Shown piece after piece: positions 49,732 to 62,454 of a stretch of DNA of 64,000 nt; positions within the stretch are counted from its first letter, which is position 1, and every line of letters starts with the position of its first letter. The notes beneath the pieces are model-generated. The model saw only the letters and a program-made list of their open reading frames with translations. It was not told where the DNA came from and did no database searches. The position numbers were made by a program, and so were the translations under genes. This stretch comes from Asterias rubens (lineage: Eukaryota), in contig NC_047067.1 in assembly GCF_902459465.1 (NCBI RefSeq), positions 11,966,001 through 12,030,000 on the forward strand. The letters are read 5' to 3'.

Positions 49732-51754
49732 TACGTTTGTTTGAAGTGTTGTGTTCATCCATCCATCTGCATCATTGCGGCGATAGAGGGCGGCAGACCT
49801 CATTTTAACCCCTTACTCGGTCAATGTTTGTTTTAGTGTATTGCCACGAAATGCTGCCAAGAGACTACAGCTCAAGTTAGAACTGGCAACAAGTCTACAC
49901 ACACAGCAACGTGATTATTTACAATTTGGCGCCAATCCAAGCACTTCAGTCGATGAGGTCGGAAAGGCTTTTAAGAGCGGGTAACATAATACTTATCTAA
50001 ATAAGACAGTGAATAATTTGGAAAGAATCTTAGGGCCTTGTCACACGAGTAAGTTTTTAAAGGTAACCAACTGCAGTGCGTGCTGCATGACCACTTAGGT
50101 AGCACATGAGTCAATCTTCGAACATTGTCTTACGATCCACTATACAAGTAGGTGAAGATTGAAATGTCACTGTCCTTTCTTCTTGGTGATTGCCTGGAAC
50201 TTGTTGCCTAGCCAGTGACATGTCTTTTTTAGGGTTGTTGACCTGTCTTATAGTTGTATTGCAATCTCGATGAGACCTTGCGAAACTCAAGGTATTGATA
50301 TAGAAAGAAAACCAATCAGAATTACAATCATCATGTTATGATTCCGGAGAACTTCCTGAACGTTTCCGAAAGATAATTAATGTCCACATTGGGTATCTTG
50401 GCTGCGGGCTAATGTCTTGATAATGGACTCGTCATTGGAGTGCGGTAACACCATGTGAAATCTCTTTTGAGTATTGTCAGTTTTAAAAAGTAAAGGGAGT
50501 AAATAGGATGTTGTCATTTAGATAATTTCAAAAAAAGAAAAAATGTAACAACTGTTACTTGTTATAAACAATTAATTATAAAAACTGATTTTGTAACGAG
50601 CAACGGAGAGCTGTTGGTAGTATACAACATTGCGAGAAACGGCTCCCTCTGACGTAACGTAGTTTTGAAAAGGAGGTAATTTCTCACCCAAAGATTATAA
50701 AGAATTCAGACCAGACGCCTCTTTATGCAGTTCTGAAAGCACTCAAATTAATTGTGCAACAAGGGTGTTTTTCTTTTATTATTCTCTTGCAACTTCGATG
50801 GACAATAAGTCAAAATTGTCTTATTTGTTATTTTATGCATGTAGGGATACACCAAGTGAGAATACTGGTCTTTAGCAATTACCAAACGTGTCCAGTGCCT
50901 TTAAAGGGTCTGCATACGTTTGGTAATGACTCCCAAAATTATTTGCAATCGAAAACTTACGTGGCATGAAGTAGGCCTACAGCAGCTTTGAGAAACACTT
51001 CACTTCGAAGTGCTGTGGTTTCGTAATAAATATATAACCTTTTTGTCCCCCAAAGTTTGAACTTAGAAAGCGTTACCGCGGTAATGCTTCTCATGTTGTG
51101 TATCCCTATAGGGATTTCTCTTCCTATCTTAACATATTCGCTCCGGAGTTTTGTCAATATTTCAGAAACGCGACCATCTTTCGAAATGAAATTGTTCACA
51201 TAGTATATTTATTGAACCACTTAAAAAAAAAACCAATGGACTGGTTCCATAAACCAGAGGTCTACATTGCCCTTATATCTAACTAATCAGACGGATTTGT
51301 AGGTAATTTCCCAAAACGTGGCTAAGCTTCTGGAAACTTCACTAAATAATAAACAGGTCTACACAATTCCACACTCATAAAACATTTATTTACAGTTTAA
51401 TGTGCAACTTGGTGTTTATTACACGTAAAAACAAAACACGGTCTTACATTATCAACGTTGTCCCTCTTTTGTTTATAACAACAGCTCCCTTCGGTTTTGT
51501 ACACGTTTTCCAACTGTGGACCTCTACCGAACCGTGGACGCGTTTGCCTTCTTTCGTTATAGGTTCCCGGTTTGAATAAGTATAACTACCCATAACGACG
51601 TGGACATTATAGCTGTAGCCCTATAGCTGCAGCCTGCCACTTCGGATACGGTTTCAAACTTCGCCACATGAGCGTTAGACTTGACTCAAGTCTCAATCCC
51701 GTGCATCCCCAGAAAATTCCTGTTTTATGATGCTCTGCATTCCCAAACCTGTTC

Positions 51755-51928
51755 CCGGTGTTGCGGTTTCAGTCTTCCGCCGTGTCCAGTTTTCCGGGAC
51801 TCAGTACGGCACTGTTAAACAATTGACTACTTTCGCTTGCTGTGCGCATGCGTCGCATGACGTAATGTTACCGTATTTGGTCATTCGGAAAACTGAACAC
51901 GGCGGAAAGTTGAAACCGCCACACCTGG
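51755..51928. mobile_element. MITE with 44-bp TIR in or near the class A GPCR 3'UTR; TIR copies also at 58693-58730 and 58762-58805
   Basis: CCGGTGTTGCGGTTTCAGTCTTCCGCCGTGTCCAGTTTTCCGGG and its reverse-complement copies. Confidence 0.7.
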
Positions 51929-52063
51929 TCCACATTTTGACAGCGAGCGCGCACTGTTCTCTATGCTACGGGTTGTTTCATAGTAAATGGGCGTGATATG
52001 CTTATGGACCTCTCACACGAGAGTGGGAATTGAATCAAGTCTACGATCATTGGCGTCAGATTA

Positions 52064-53227
52064 TCACAGTGTTGTATCGTCCGTATTGCAATTTTGATTC
52101 ACCATCATATTATTTGTGGCACTGCAGTATTTTGGAGAGCTGATCGCGTTTGCAGAATCTGGTTTCTTGGACTTTCCTTTCCGCATAAACGTTTGTCTGA
52201 AAGCAGTTTGATATTGTGAGTTAATTGCACCGTATATTAACGGATTAACAATTGTATTAATCCGCTGTGGGATTAACGCAATCCATAGTTTGGTATTCCC
52301 TAGGGCAGCGTCGAGTGGATTAGGAATCTGGGCGATAAGGCAGGTCCATCTTGTGAGACTTAATAGGGTATTTGGAGTTTGGCAGACGAAAAACACGGCT
52401 CCATTAACGATCAGCATCTTTGCGACTTGGTTACGGAGCTTCATTGCTGTCTGGTGATGATCGAACTTGCCGTTGTGGGAACTTTTGCGTCTATGCAGCA
52501 TCTGCACAATTCGGACATACATGAAGATATTGGCCACCATTGCAATAAGCCATGGAACATTCAGTAAGGGCTGAGTGACTGATTCTACCCACGGAGTAAC
52601 CGGATCGCAGCTTGCTCTCGTGTGTGGATACCCTTGGTGGTCCTCGGATTCGGGCCACTGAAGGCAGAGTTTGTTCAAGCACGCCCTCTCCGGGGCTGAC
52701 GTCACAGCGAACACAAACCCGACCAGCCAGCAGAACGCCACCATCCTCTTCGTTCGTCGCCTACCTCTGATTTTAAGGTGTTTGATCGGATGACAGAGTG
52801 ATAGGTATCTCTCAAACGACACCATGGTAACGAGTGCCATTGCTGCAAAGTATCCCATATTTATCGCTATGATGAAACACAAGCACCCCGTTGATGTCGT
52901 AAATGGTACATTATCAGCCACTGGAGATGCTACGTACCTCCATATATCATAGGCAGAGAACAGATTCAAGTACAGTAGATCAGCCAAAGCCAGGTGCGTC
53001 AAATACACGTTCGTTTCTGTTCTCAGCTTAGGGATTCGGTAAATCATAAATAGAAACGTGCAGTTGATGATAACACCGAGTCCCCAAATGATAGGTATGA
53101 AGATGGTTATGATGGTACGGTCCTCTGGACGGAAAATCCACCGATGAAGCATCTCTTCTGATATGTTTTGAAAGGAGCTGCACTCTGAGTCCGAGTCAAT
53201 GGCTGTGAAAATACACGAAACCAACAT
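52064..53227 (-). CDS. Rhodopsin-class (class A) orphan GPCR, peptide-receptor-like (GHSR/NMUR-like superficially)
   Basis: Seven hydrophobic segments with N1.50, LALAD, ERY, CQTP and NPLIY motifs and ECL cysteines. An acceptor TTTTCACAG at 53203 suggests the true start is in an upstream exon. Confidence 0.92.
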   Translation of the reverse strand: MLVSCIFTAIDSDSECSSFQNISEEMLHRWIFRPEDRTIITIFIPIIWGLGVIINCTFLFMIYRIPKLRTETNVYLTHLALADLLYLNLFSAYDIWRYVASPVADNVPFTTSTGCLCFIIAINMGYFAAMALVTMVSFERYLSLCHPIKHLKIRGRRRTKRMVAFCWLVGFVFAVTSAPERACLNKLCLQWPESEDHQGYPHTRASCDPVTPWVESVTQPLLNVPWLIAMVANIFMYVRIVQMLHRRKSSHNGKFDHHQTAMKLRNQVAKMLIVNGAVFFVCQTPNTLLSLTRWTCLIAQIPNPLDAALGNTKLWIALIPQRINTIVNPLIYGAINSQYQTAFRQTFMRKGKSKKPDSANAISSPKYCSATNNMMVNQNCNTDDTTL

Positions 53228-53401
53228 GATGACAGTAAAGTTACTTTAATATTGGATATTGGACATTCACATAATTATGTTTCTACAGCAAATATCGATG
53301 TTGCCTTTAAGATATTGGATAGTGAACATTCCCATAGGTTTCTACAGTGAATGTCTACACTGTGTGAACATCTAAGAAATACTCCAGCTGTTACGAACGA
53401 C

Positions 53402-53509
53402 AATAAACATTCAGTGAGTGCAGTACGCATATGCCTAGTTTATCCATCCATGGAGAATAAACATTCAGTGAGTGCAGTACGCATATGCCTAGTCTATCCA
53501 TCCATGGAG
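53402..53509. repeat. 54-bp tandem duplication upstream of the class A GPCR
   Basis: Two units with one mismatch. Confidence 0.95.
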
Positions 53510-54164
53510 GAAGACATGGTCTGCCCTGCACGTACTGAACACCACTGTGAAGATGTCTAAAGGTTATCATGTTGTGGTGACTGGATCCACAAACCAGTGA
53601 CCTGTTCTACTTTATCGCCAGTCATTTTATCTGCATCACTGTCTACTCTGATGTTTCGCCAATGAGTACATATTTGACTGATAAAATACGCAATCAACCC
53701 TTACTGACGTTCTCTCCGCGTCAGTGAAGTTTGAGCGGGAACAGAACACACCAATACTTGTGATAACATTTTTGACAGGTTGTTTGTCCGAGTGTCTAAC
53801 TGAAAGCATTGTCAAGTATCAGAACACTGAGGGCAATCTTGTGCAAACAAATGTGTCATTGCGTTTGGAGTGGCTCTTCTAATTTATTTGATGGCCTGCA
53901 TGTCACCAAAGCTTGCTGACACTTCTGCACTTTCTCTAATAAAATAGATTGCCTTATCTAGGAAACGTTACTTCTATTTAGATTTTAAGAGTAAGTCAAG
54001 TGTGTCTGAAACGGTAACTTCGAGAGGACTGAACACGTAAAGGGAGTACACGACTTGGCTAAAATGTACTATTACTGTGTTGAAGTAATCCATAATGATA
54101 TTTAAAAGGAGTTTTTATTTTTATTTTTTATATTTCATTGAAAAATCTCGACCGCTGTGTGTGA

Positions 54165-54365
54165 CGTGGCTCTAGTGTTTTTGATCAGCAGAGTGAGGGT
54201 TTGAGTCACAGTCTTGATATGTGTTTCCTTGAGCAAGACTACCATAATTGCTTTGTCCTTCGGATGGGACATTTAGCCGCAGGTCCCGTGTACTAGATTT
54301 AGAGTGCATATTAAAGAACACGGAACACTTTACCGTGGAAGAGTTAACCCCGGTGTTTTGTCATA
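54165..54365 (+). mobile_element. tRNA-derived SINE family 2 with GTGTCCTTGAGCAAG central segment (fragments also at ~4880, 10590, 23065, 24880)
   Basis: B-box-like GGGTTTGAGTC followed by the shared central motif in several dispersed copies. Confidence 0.65.
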
Positions 54366-54530
54366 CACAACAAGCACCCATGTGATTTGAACCACTACTT
54401 ATAGTAACCAATTCCCTTCTACAGGACCCACCAGTGAAAACGTTTGAAACTTCTGAAAAGGAACCTTAAGGTTCAGATGATGCTTGTGTTTTAGTTACTC
54501 ATTGTTGCACTATACAACCATGCCTACAAA

Positions 54531-57500
54531 CTATATGATAACTGTTGATAACCCTGGCCGTATCTTGATCGTCTGTTTGGTCGTCACGTTAGTACTATCA
54601 TCCATATCACTGACCCTCGCACTCCCAAGAAACCGAATGGCGAATAACTTTGGGAAATATACACAGAAAAGGGTGAGGAATGAGTTGGACACGATGGCTA
54701 GGGACAAAAAGGCGACTTTCTGGGTGGCTTCCACGGCCGTTGTGTAGACAGGTACGGCTGCGAGCCATAACATCAGCGAGGAGTAGACGCTCACACCAAT
54801 GAACTTTGACTCGTTGTAGTTATCGGGGACTTTACGGGCTCGGAAGGCGAAGTAGCAGCAGAGGAGAATGATGAGGAGATTGTAGGCGCAGAGACCTGGG
54901 AAGGCTGGGCTGAAGACGCAGTAGAGCTCGACGTGGTCACTCGGTGGGGAGGTGAAGAGGAATGACGGTCGAGCTGGACGGGAAAGACTCACCAGGACCA
55001 CAGCAACGAGCTTGAATAAAAGAGTAGAAAACATAAATAAAAATAATCTTAACAAAATGAAAGTCTACTCCACAGTGCATAATATAAAAGAAGACAAGTT
55101 CTCAAAAGAACAATCTACCTAGCAGGTAGACGACACACATGGTGTTACAGGAAACCAAACATAGTATCTCACCAGGCAATGCCTCAAATCCCATAAACTA
55201 AAAAGTTTTCCTTTTACAATAACCACAAAAGTATCCGTGAGAAAAGGGTATCGCAATAAGTTAAGACTGTAGAAGTCAAATTGTAAATGTGAACTATAAC
55301 ATAAAAAAATTAAGTTATGCAAGTGTGTATTTTTTGGCATTTTGGTCAATCCAGTTTCTTCTATTTCTCATTTTGAACTTATTCTTGCAGCATCAGCCAA
55401 TCATAAGTACTTAATACATATTTGTAATTTGAACACATTTTTTTTGCTTAGTAGCCTACCTGGATCACGATGAGAGTACCGGTCATAGCTAACTGATGTC
55501 GAGGTTGAACAAATCTCGGCCGTCTGACAGACCGCTTCCCCGCACGGAAGATCCTGTAGATCCGATTCACTTTGAACAGTGTAGGAGCGTACGTCAATGT
55601 AAAACACAAAGAGATAAGAGCTTCCGACATAGAGCACGTGAGATCCGAAGGTGGTTGCAGAAGTGGGATCACCGCGATGAAAGTGGCAGTCAGACCCAGT
55701 AGGTTGACGACGCTAAGCTCACGACTGGACGCCTTCACGAGTCGATTGTGTCGATAGTATACCAATCCAGCTGCTGTGAGACATGACATTAATATCCCCA
55801 CGCACAACATGGCAAATATGCCGGTCGCGATTGGCACGCCGAGTGAGACTGTGTAAGGTACGATCGCCACACACCTGTCGAAGGCCGCGTTTGGCCAGAA
55901 CGTACGCGCACATTCCATGCATTCGGTTCCATTAATTATGATAGCATTAGGCGCACAGCTTTCACAACCCCAGCAACACTTTTCCTTTAAAGGGACACTG
56001 ATCTGACCCGCGGAGCATATTTTACGGCAGGTTGACCTCGGCACCCCCTGACTTGAACTTAGACCGGACCACTGTAGTTCATCTTGAAACAGTTGAAGCC
56101 TTTCTCCGTTTCCCATCCTAGAGTTCCATTGTCCAACATCCCTAAAGCGATGCTGTCCCTCCACATATTGGAGATTCTCAAACAGGTAAATTCCTTCAGT
56201 GTCGCCGTTCTCGTTGAGTGTGAATGGTCCAGTGGAACTCGTGAAGGTCACATTACGGAGGTGCTTCAAGAAGTTGTCCCCGTCAATTTGAGCCGCTTCT
56301 AGGGTGCAATTAGCCGAGCCAGAGGGGCATGTTTCCATCCAAAGGGAATGCAGTGCATAGGCGAACACATTGACGGCATCTATAGCGCCCGCTGTGTTGT
56401 ACTCAGTAGAGAAGCCATCTGGCAATGGTACAACACAACTTGCCAAAGCATCAGTGTCCGAACAATTATATGCTAGTCTTTCTCTCCAGTAGTTAGTGAA
56501 CCACTCGCTGGTAGCATCCGTACGCGGGTCAATGGTGTTTAGATATCTCTCAAATTCTGGCTGCTTTGGGCTGTTCAACCGGACGAAGATACTGCCCTCA
56601 ACGAGTTCCTTCAGGAGATCATTTTGGAGAAGTTCGTATCCCCAACCGTCACTGCCGATCCAAGTGATTTTGTACGGTAATCCAACCTTCAGGATCTGAC
56701 TGAGAAAGGTATATGCTATCGGCCCAGTAGATGAGAACATAACTACAATCCGAACAGAGTCAAGCCTCTTTATCCTCAAAGCGATTTGAAGCATGTCACG
56801 TTCAGTGTGTAGCTCGGATAGAGGAGCTGACATCGCTATGCAGATGTTCTTCCTCTCAGCCTGAGACACTACCTCACGTGCTCCATGAATACCGTAGCTG
56901 TCGACGGTGTAGATCACAGCGATGTAGTCCCAGCCGAAGTTCAACAGCAGCTCCACGATGGCTCCTGCCTGGAGCTGGTCAGGAGGCACGCTGCGCATGA
57001 AGTAGGGGAATCGTGCTTTGTTTGAGAGCTCGTTGCTGGTTGCCCAGTAGGATACCACAGGCACCCGGTAGGTCTGGGCGATCTTACTCACAAACACACT
57101 CATCGCGCTCGACTCCGGGCCGACGATCCCAACCAGCTTCTTCCGTTCTGGCAAATCACATGTCTTTGATGGACCACGTGGTGGTTCCTGGAGTAGGGAC
57201 ATTGAGATGCCAACAGCAGCGTCTTCCGAGACGCCGTGATCCCAGATCTCGAAACCAAGAGTGATGTTTGGGAGAAGGTCGCTCCTCCTGTTGACCTCAT
57301 AAATTGCAAATGCCATCGCCTCCGGGAGTAGCATAGTGAACTGGATCTCATCTGTACTGTAGTTGCACGTCGAGGGATAATTCTCTGTGATTGCAAACAT
57401 ACCGCCGAGGATAAGATGTCCAGATTTCTTGTAGACATGACACTGTCGCGGTGCAGCAAACTTGTTGACGAGCGACGAGCTACTGACACTGCATACGGCG

Positions 57501-57553
57501 AAGAAGAAGAAGAGAACCATCGCAAGCAAACATCTATAGTTTGTCTTCGCCAT
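54531..57553 (-). CDS. Class C GPCR (mGluR/CaSR-like): signal peptide, Venus flytrap, Cys-rich domain and 7TM; two coding exons
   Basis: Exons 55460-57553 and 54531-55010, phase 0. Motifs LLPNITLGFEI, GIVGPESS, SYWATS, MRSVPPD, WIGSDGW, CCWGCESC..WP, VKASSRELS, KVNRIYRIF, RKVPDNYNESKFIG, YFPK. Confidence 0.96.
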
Positions 57554-58187
57554 TTTTGTTATATTACTGGTTAACCACTAAACATAGAGAATTAACGGCA
57601 CTTGTTTTTCCACAAACAGAAGCTGTGTGTTGCACCTCCAGGAGGTTGCTGGGAGTCCAACAAGTTGTCACGTCTCTGAGTAAAATGTGCCAACGATGGA
57701 CGCCAGTGTCTGTTTTCCTGCAGAATTTAACACAAAATAGTACAGTTATGCGAACTTGGATTTATCTATATTTAGCTTCAGTTCGATTTGCTATTAATTA
57801 AAAAAAAATCATGATGATAAACCACATGGGACAATCCTACATGTGAACAAACATGTATATAACAATAAAACATGGCTGTTCGCCCCTTTAAGATCGCATA
57901 GAAAGTGAAAAGTACAAATCAATGAGGTTAGAGAGATAGGTGTGGCAACTATAAGTTACAGTGCATTTTGTTTGCCATTGAAACCAATATATAAAATTTT
58001 GTAGTTTAAGAGTCGTATCAAGTACATGTGTCGTTACTCGTACTCGAATACCTTTTACATGTACATGTACAACGTCCGTGTGTTTTATGCCTATTTCCGA
58101 CAGGTTCCGATTCCGTTCGTGCTCATGCGCGTATAGTCTTGGTGCAACACGTTCTGGTTTTCCTTTCACACAAAGCGGCAAACTCAC

Positions 58188-58270
58188 CGACAGCGCCTAC
58201 ATCGCCCGTAACAAGAAACGTCTTGCATCAAGACTAGCACGGAGTATCCGCTCACAACCGGTTATAAACA
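58188..58270 (-). promoter_or_regulatory. Putative non-coding exon 1 and TATA-like box of the class C GPCR
   Basis: Donor CG|GTGAGT at 58182-58187, acceptor CTGCAG at 57718-57719 ahead of the ATG, and TTTATAA on the minus strand near 58261-58267. Confidence 0.5.
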
Positions 58271-59739
58271 CTGGTCATTATCAAAGGTTTAAACACACCC
58301 ACGTGACGTGCTCTCCACCAATAGGAATAGCGAAACTGTCGGAGGTATTTATGAATATGTGTTCAGGGCACATTTACATCCCGGGCTAAATTAAGGGGCT
58401 GAAAATGTAAACAGTTCAAAACTCAACTTAATAAATGAATTTCTATGAAACACAGCCAAATGGCGGCGTCCACGAATCGAGTACAACTAGCGGCAAACGC
58501 GTGGATCGTATGAGTTGTTTTGTATGCAAGCAGAGTGTGACCTGCCTGAAGTTGTACCCATGAATGCATGTAAAGATGGGGCAAGAGATTATGTGACTAC
58601 ACAGAAAAGAATCGTAATATAAACAATGTGGGGTCATTGCTGAGAGAACTACAGTACTCGCCAGGGTACTCGCGGAGGTGTCTGACAAGTCACCCGGAAA
58701 ACTGAACACGCCGGAAAGCTAAAACCGTTCGAACAACGTGCTGATATGACCGACTACGTCACCCGGAAAACTGAACACGGCGGAAGACTGAAACCGCCAC
58801 ACCGGTTATTGAGTAACCAAAGAGGCATCGACTATGGGCGACAGTTTGGAGTACATTCCAAACAGACTGACGATAATTACAATGTGTCCGAATAGGGCAA
58901 TGTTTCGTGAACCTGTCTAACCGTATTTATATAATATTATTTGCTTGGTTGCTTTTCTCCTTTTAAAGGCCATGGACACATTTGGTAATTGTCAAAACCA
59001 GTATTTTCACTTGGTGTATCTGCATAAATAACAAACCTGTGAAAACTTTGAATTGGACATTAAATATCCGTATGCAGGCTATCTTGCACGAAAAAAACAG
59101 TAAACAGTTACATACGGCAAATGATACATATTTTGTTACAAAGACATATAAATATCGAGTAACTCTTTCCAGATCTTTTATTCGAAAGCCTCGAGCACAT
59201 TTTATTCATCGTTCGCACAGCGACTTCTGTAAAAGCGCGGACACCTTTGGTAATTACCAAAGACACTCTGGTTTATCGCAATATATGCATAAAATAAAAT
59301 AAAATAGTAAGGTAATCTTATTCGCTCAATTGATCATCGAAGTTGTAAGACAATAATGAATGAAGAGGTCCGGTTACCTAATGTGGTGTCCATTTTGACC
59401 CGATTTTACAGGGCATTGAGGCGCATAGGTAACCACTGAGAGACTGCTCGACTTAGGAGACACTCTGGATAAGGACCCTTCAGACCATTCATTCCCATGA
59501 TCTTAACATCCAAGAAGGAAAAGACTCACAATTGTTTGTCTTTGTTTTCTCTTCCCGCAGCACGGATATCCCCTATCTATTGATAACCTTCCTCCTTCCT
59601 CCCACATTCAATTTTGTCTCTTGTGTTTCCGTCCTCTCGTGGTTTTAAGTCAGCCCCCTTCCCTAACCTGAACATCCGACGTCACACTCCGATGCTCGTG
59701 AATTACACCTGCCTTTGATCCACGTGCACAACCAATCAA

Positions 59740-60038
59740 CTGATCCCCTGACATGTATTGGCTTTACAGAACCAGTGATTTTATTGAATAAACGTTCAAT
59801 GGCGTAAGCTTTCCCCGTGATTATTGATCCCCGTGCACAATTACATTTCATTTCACTTTGAGATATATTGTCAAATCAAATGAAAGAAAAAAACTAAAAT
59901 AATGCTCGCTTTCACGACCGAAAGTTCAGCTTCCAAACATCAACTCGGACCAATCAAATATTGAGAAGCTTACGTCACTGAACGTTTATCCAATGAAATC
60001 ACTGGTTGTGTAAAGCCAATACATGTCAGGGGATCAGC
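59740..60038. mobile_element. MITE with ~45-bp TIR (CTGATCCCCTGACATGTATTGGCTTTAC)
   Basis: Long inverted termini; no clear TSD. Confidence 0.8.
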
Positions 60039-62019
60039 CTACCCCTTCCCTACTAGGGACCGTGCGTCACGGGAAAGACAAAGCAAACATGTCCCTTCCG
60101 TTTTGCCGGCGGGTCATGGACAAATATGAAAAAACGAACCCACGATGAGCAGCTCATGGCATAACTCCGAACACCACCAACACAAAGAGGCAATCATTTT
60201 CTATTCAAAAACCAATTTGTACAGAAATTACCACATACCTCAGACAATTAACGAACAATTAGCAGCTATATTACTTATTACAAGAAGAAACAGAGAAATG
60301 ATATGATTGACGTGTCGTTTCAATTAATCAAACAAAAGGATCATCAAGTTATTTGATTTGATTTGAAATGGTATGCTCAAAACAGAGATCATCGCAGCCA
60401 GAGGCTGAGTTAATTGCAGCCAAATTACAAACAAGGTGACGACTTCTCAGAAATTGGGGTCATGTGGGGGACGAAGCAAGTTCGAGACTTAGAATAGAAT
60501 TAAATTTGCATGAGGGATAAACAAAATTCATTTAGGTTTACCCATATACACCGATAAGCACTGTATACTCAGTACTCACTCGAGTCCTGCTAATAAAAAT
60601 CACGGGCATTTTACTCGGATGGGATTCGAACCCACGACCCTGTAAGGCAGTGTCTTACCAACTAGACCACCTGTCTGTAAGTTCACTCGAAGAATTCTTG
60701 GGTCAGGGTTGAACGGGATTACGGATCCCGTGGCGCTTGACCCATCTATTAGTTGGTCTGTATGACCTAGACTTAATTCAAGTCCCAATCCCGTGATAGT
60801 CTTTTTATTTTGTAGTCCTATCACACAAGTATAACCCGGAAGTTGACTACAAAATTACCTGACCATTGGGTTAAACTGACACAGAATCCGAAGTAAAATC
60901 ATGTTTTTCTTTGAGACATTTTTCGGGTCAGCCGGACCCAGAAATGAGTCAAACCCTTTGACCTGGAATTAGGGTCAAGTTTGACCCACGAGAGTCACCA
61001 AAAGCCAACTCTAATATATTGTCCATTCTATTTTACAGAAAAAACTGTAGCTTGTCATGACATAATTTTGACATTTGTTTTTTATTCAAAGACATTTCCC
61101 CCCAGAAACGATTTCTATTGAGTAACTCTTGACTGTTGTTTGACTTAACGACGTAATTTATACAAGCTTTAAATAATTAAAGATCAACATAGGATGAAAT
61201 CACTCTGATAAGAATTATAATTTGATCCCGAGCTGGTTCATGTATGTTCAGTTATTCTTTGGTCAAACATTGCAGTTTTTCCGCCCTACAATTTTGTCAT
61301 TTTCCCTATTTGATCAGAAAAACTAGCCCATCCTTTCGATTTTTGAGCAGCATGCTTGTCTCATTTCTTTACTTATCTGTAACAGTTGGTCTATGATTCA
61401 TGCTTGAACTATCTGGTTTGCCTAGTTTTGTCATTGTGTAATATAAACATAAATTTCTTGTAAATTTAATGCTCATTTAATTTTGACGAAGGCTAAGTTA
61501 ATTTAGAATCTACACTCACTCATGTAAAAGGGAACAATACAAAAAACTAAGCGCGTGTTTGAAGAGAATGAGTTTAGAAAACTTCTCACTTATAGTTATC
61601 CTGCGCGCGTCATGCTCAAATTTATCCGGATGTTTGATTATGCTTTGACTATTCAACTGAAAAATTATACCTGCTCAGATGTTTTTAATTCCATTCACAC
61701 ATACAGATATTTGTGGCTCGATTTGGCGTCGTGAAAACGTCATAATACTGCAGCACTTTCCTTTACAATTCTTTATCGATATTATATTGTCAATCGCAGG
61801 TGAAGTTCAGTATACGTTGGCCATTGGTTATTAGATTTGGTTTTAATTAGATGCGATTCCTGATAGAAATGTGTTCCATATATTATTGCTATGCCATTGC
61901 CATCCTGCGTATTGTACTCGCGTTATCAAATCCCACGTTAGAATTCACAAGCATTCCATGGCCGTTGTATAATATAACTGTACAGACAACATCATTCCAA
62001 TTTGAAGAAATCCTAGCCT

Positions 62020-62450
62020 ACAGTATGTAAATAAACTGAAAGTTATAATCCAGGACCCAACTCACCCACTTCACTCATTCATTCACATTCTCCCATCAGG
62101 AAGGTACCGTTCTCTCTCTACTCGCACAAACCGGTTCAGACTATCTTTTTTACCCAGTGCTGTTCATCCCTAACTCACTTTTTATAAGGTAACTTAGTAG
62201 TAGTTGTTGTTTTTCCATTTTAATCAGTGATGGTGAGATTTTGATACCGTTTCTCTCTTTGTAAAACTCGAACTAGCCTATTTATTGCTTATACTAAATT
62301 TGTGTAATTAATTTCTGTGTTTTTGAAATGTAATGTTTTTTGTTTTTCTATAAGTATCAACTTTGAATCTTTTTAGTGCACACAGGGAAAACAGTTTTCA
62401 ATTGTTGTCTTGTAATCTGTGATGAAATAAATAAATTGCATTGAATTGAA
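62020..62450 (+). mobile_element. Degenerate Rex/Babar (L2-group) LINE 3' end
   Basis: Frame reads IIQDPTHPLHSFIHILPSGRYRSLSTRTNRFRLSF, followed by a T-rich 3'UTR ending AATAAATAAATTG(CATTGAATTGAA). Confidence 0.75.
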
Positions 62451-62454
62451 TTTG

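Noticed and set aside
50270-50300. CTCGATGAG...CGAAAC hammerhead-like string
   Set aside because: The core is not CUGANGA, stem II is only 1 bp, and there are no supporting stems.
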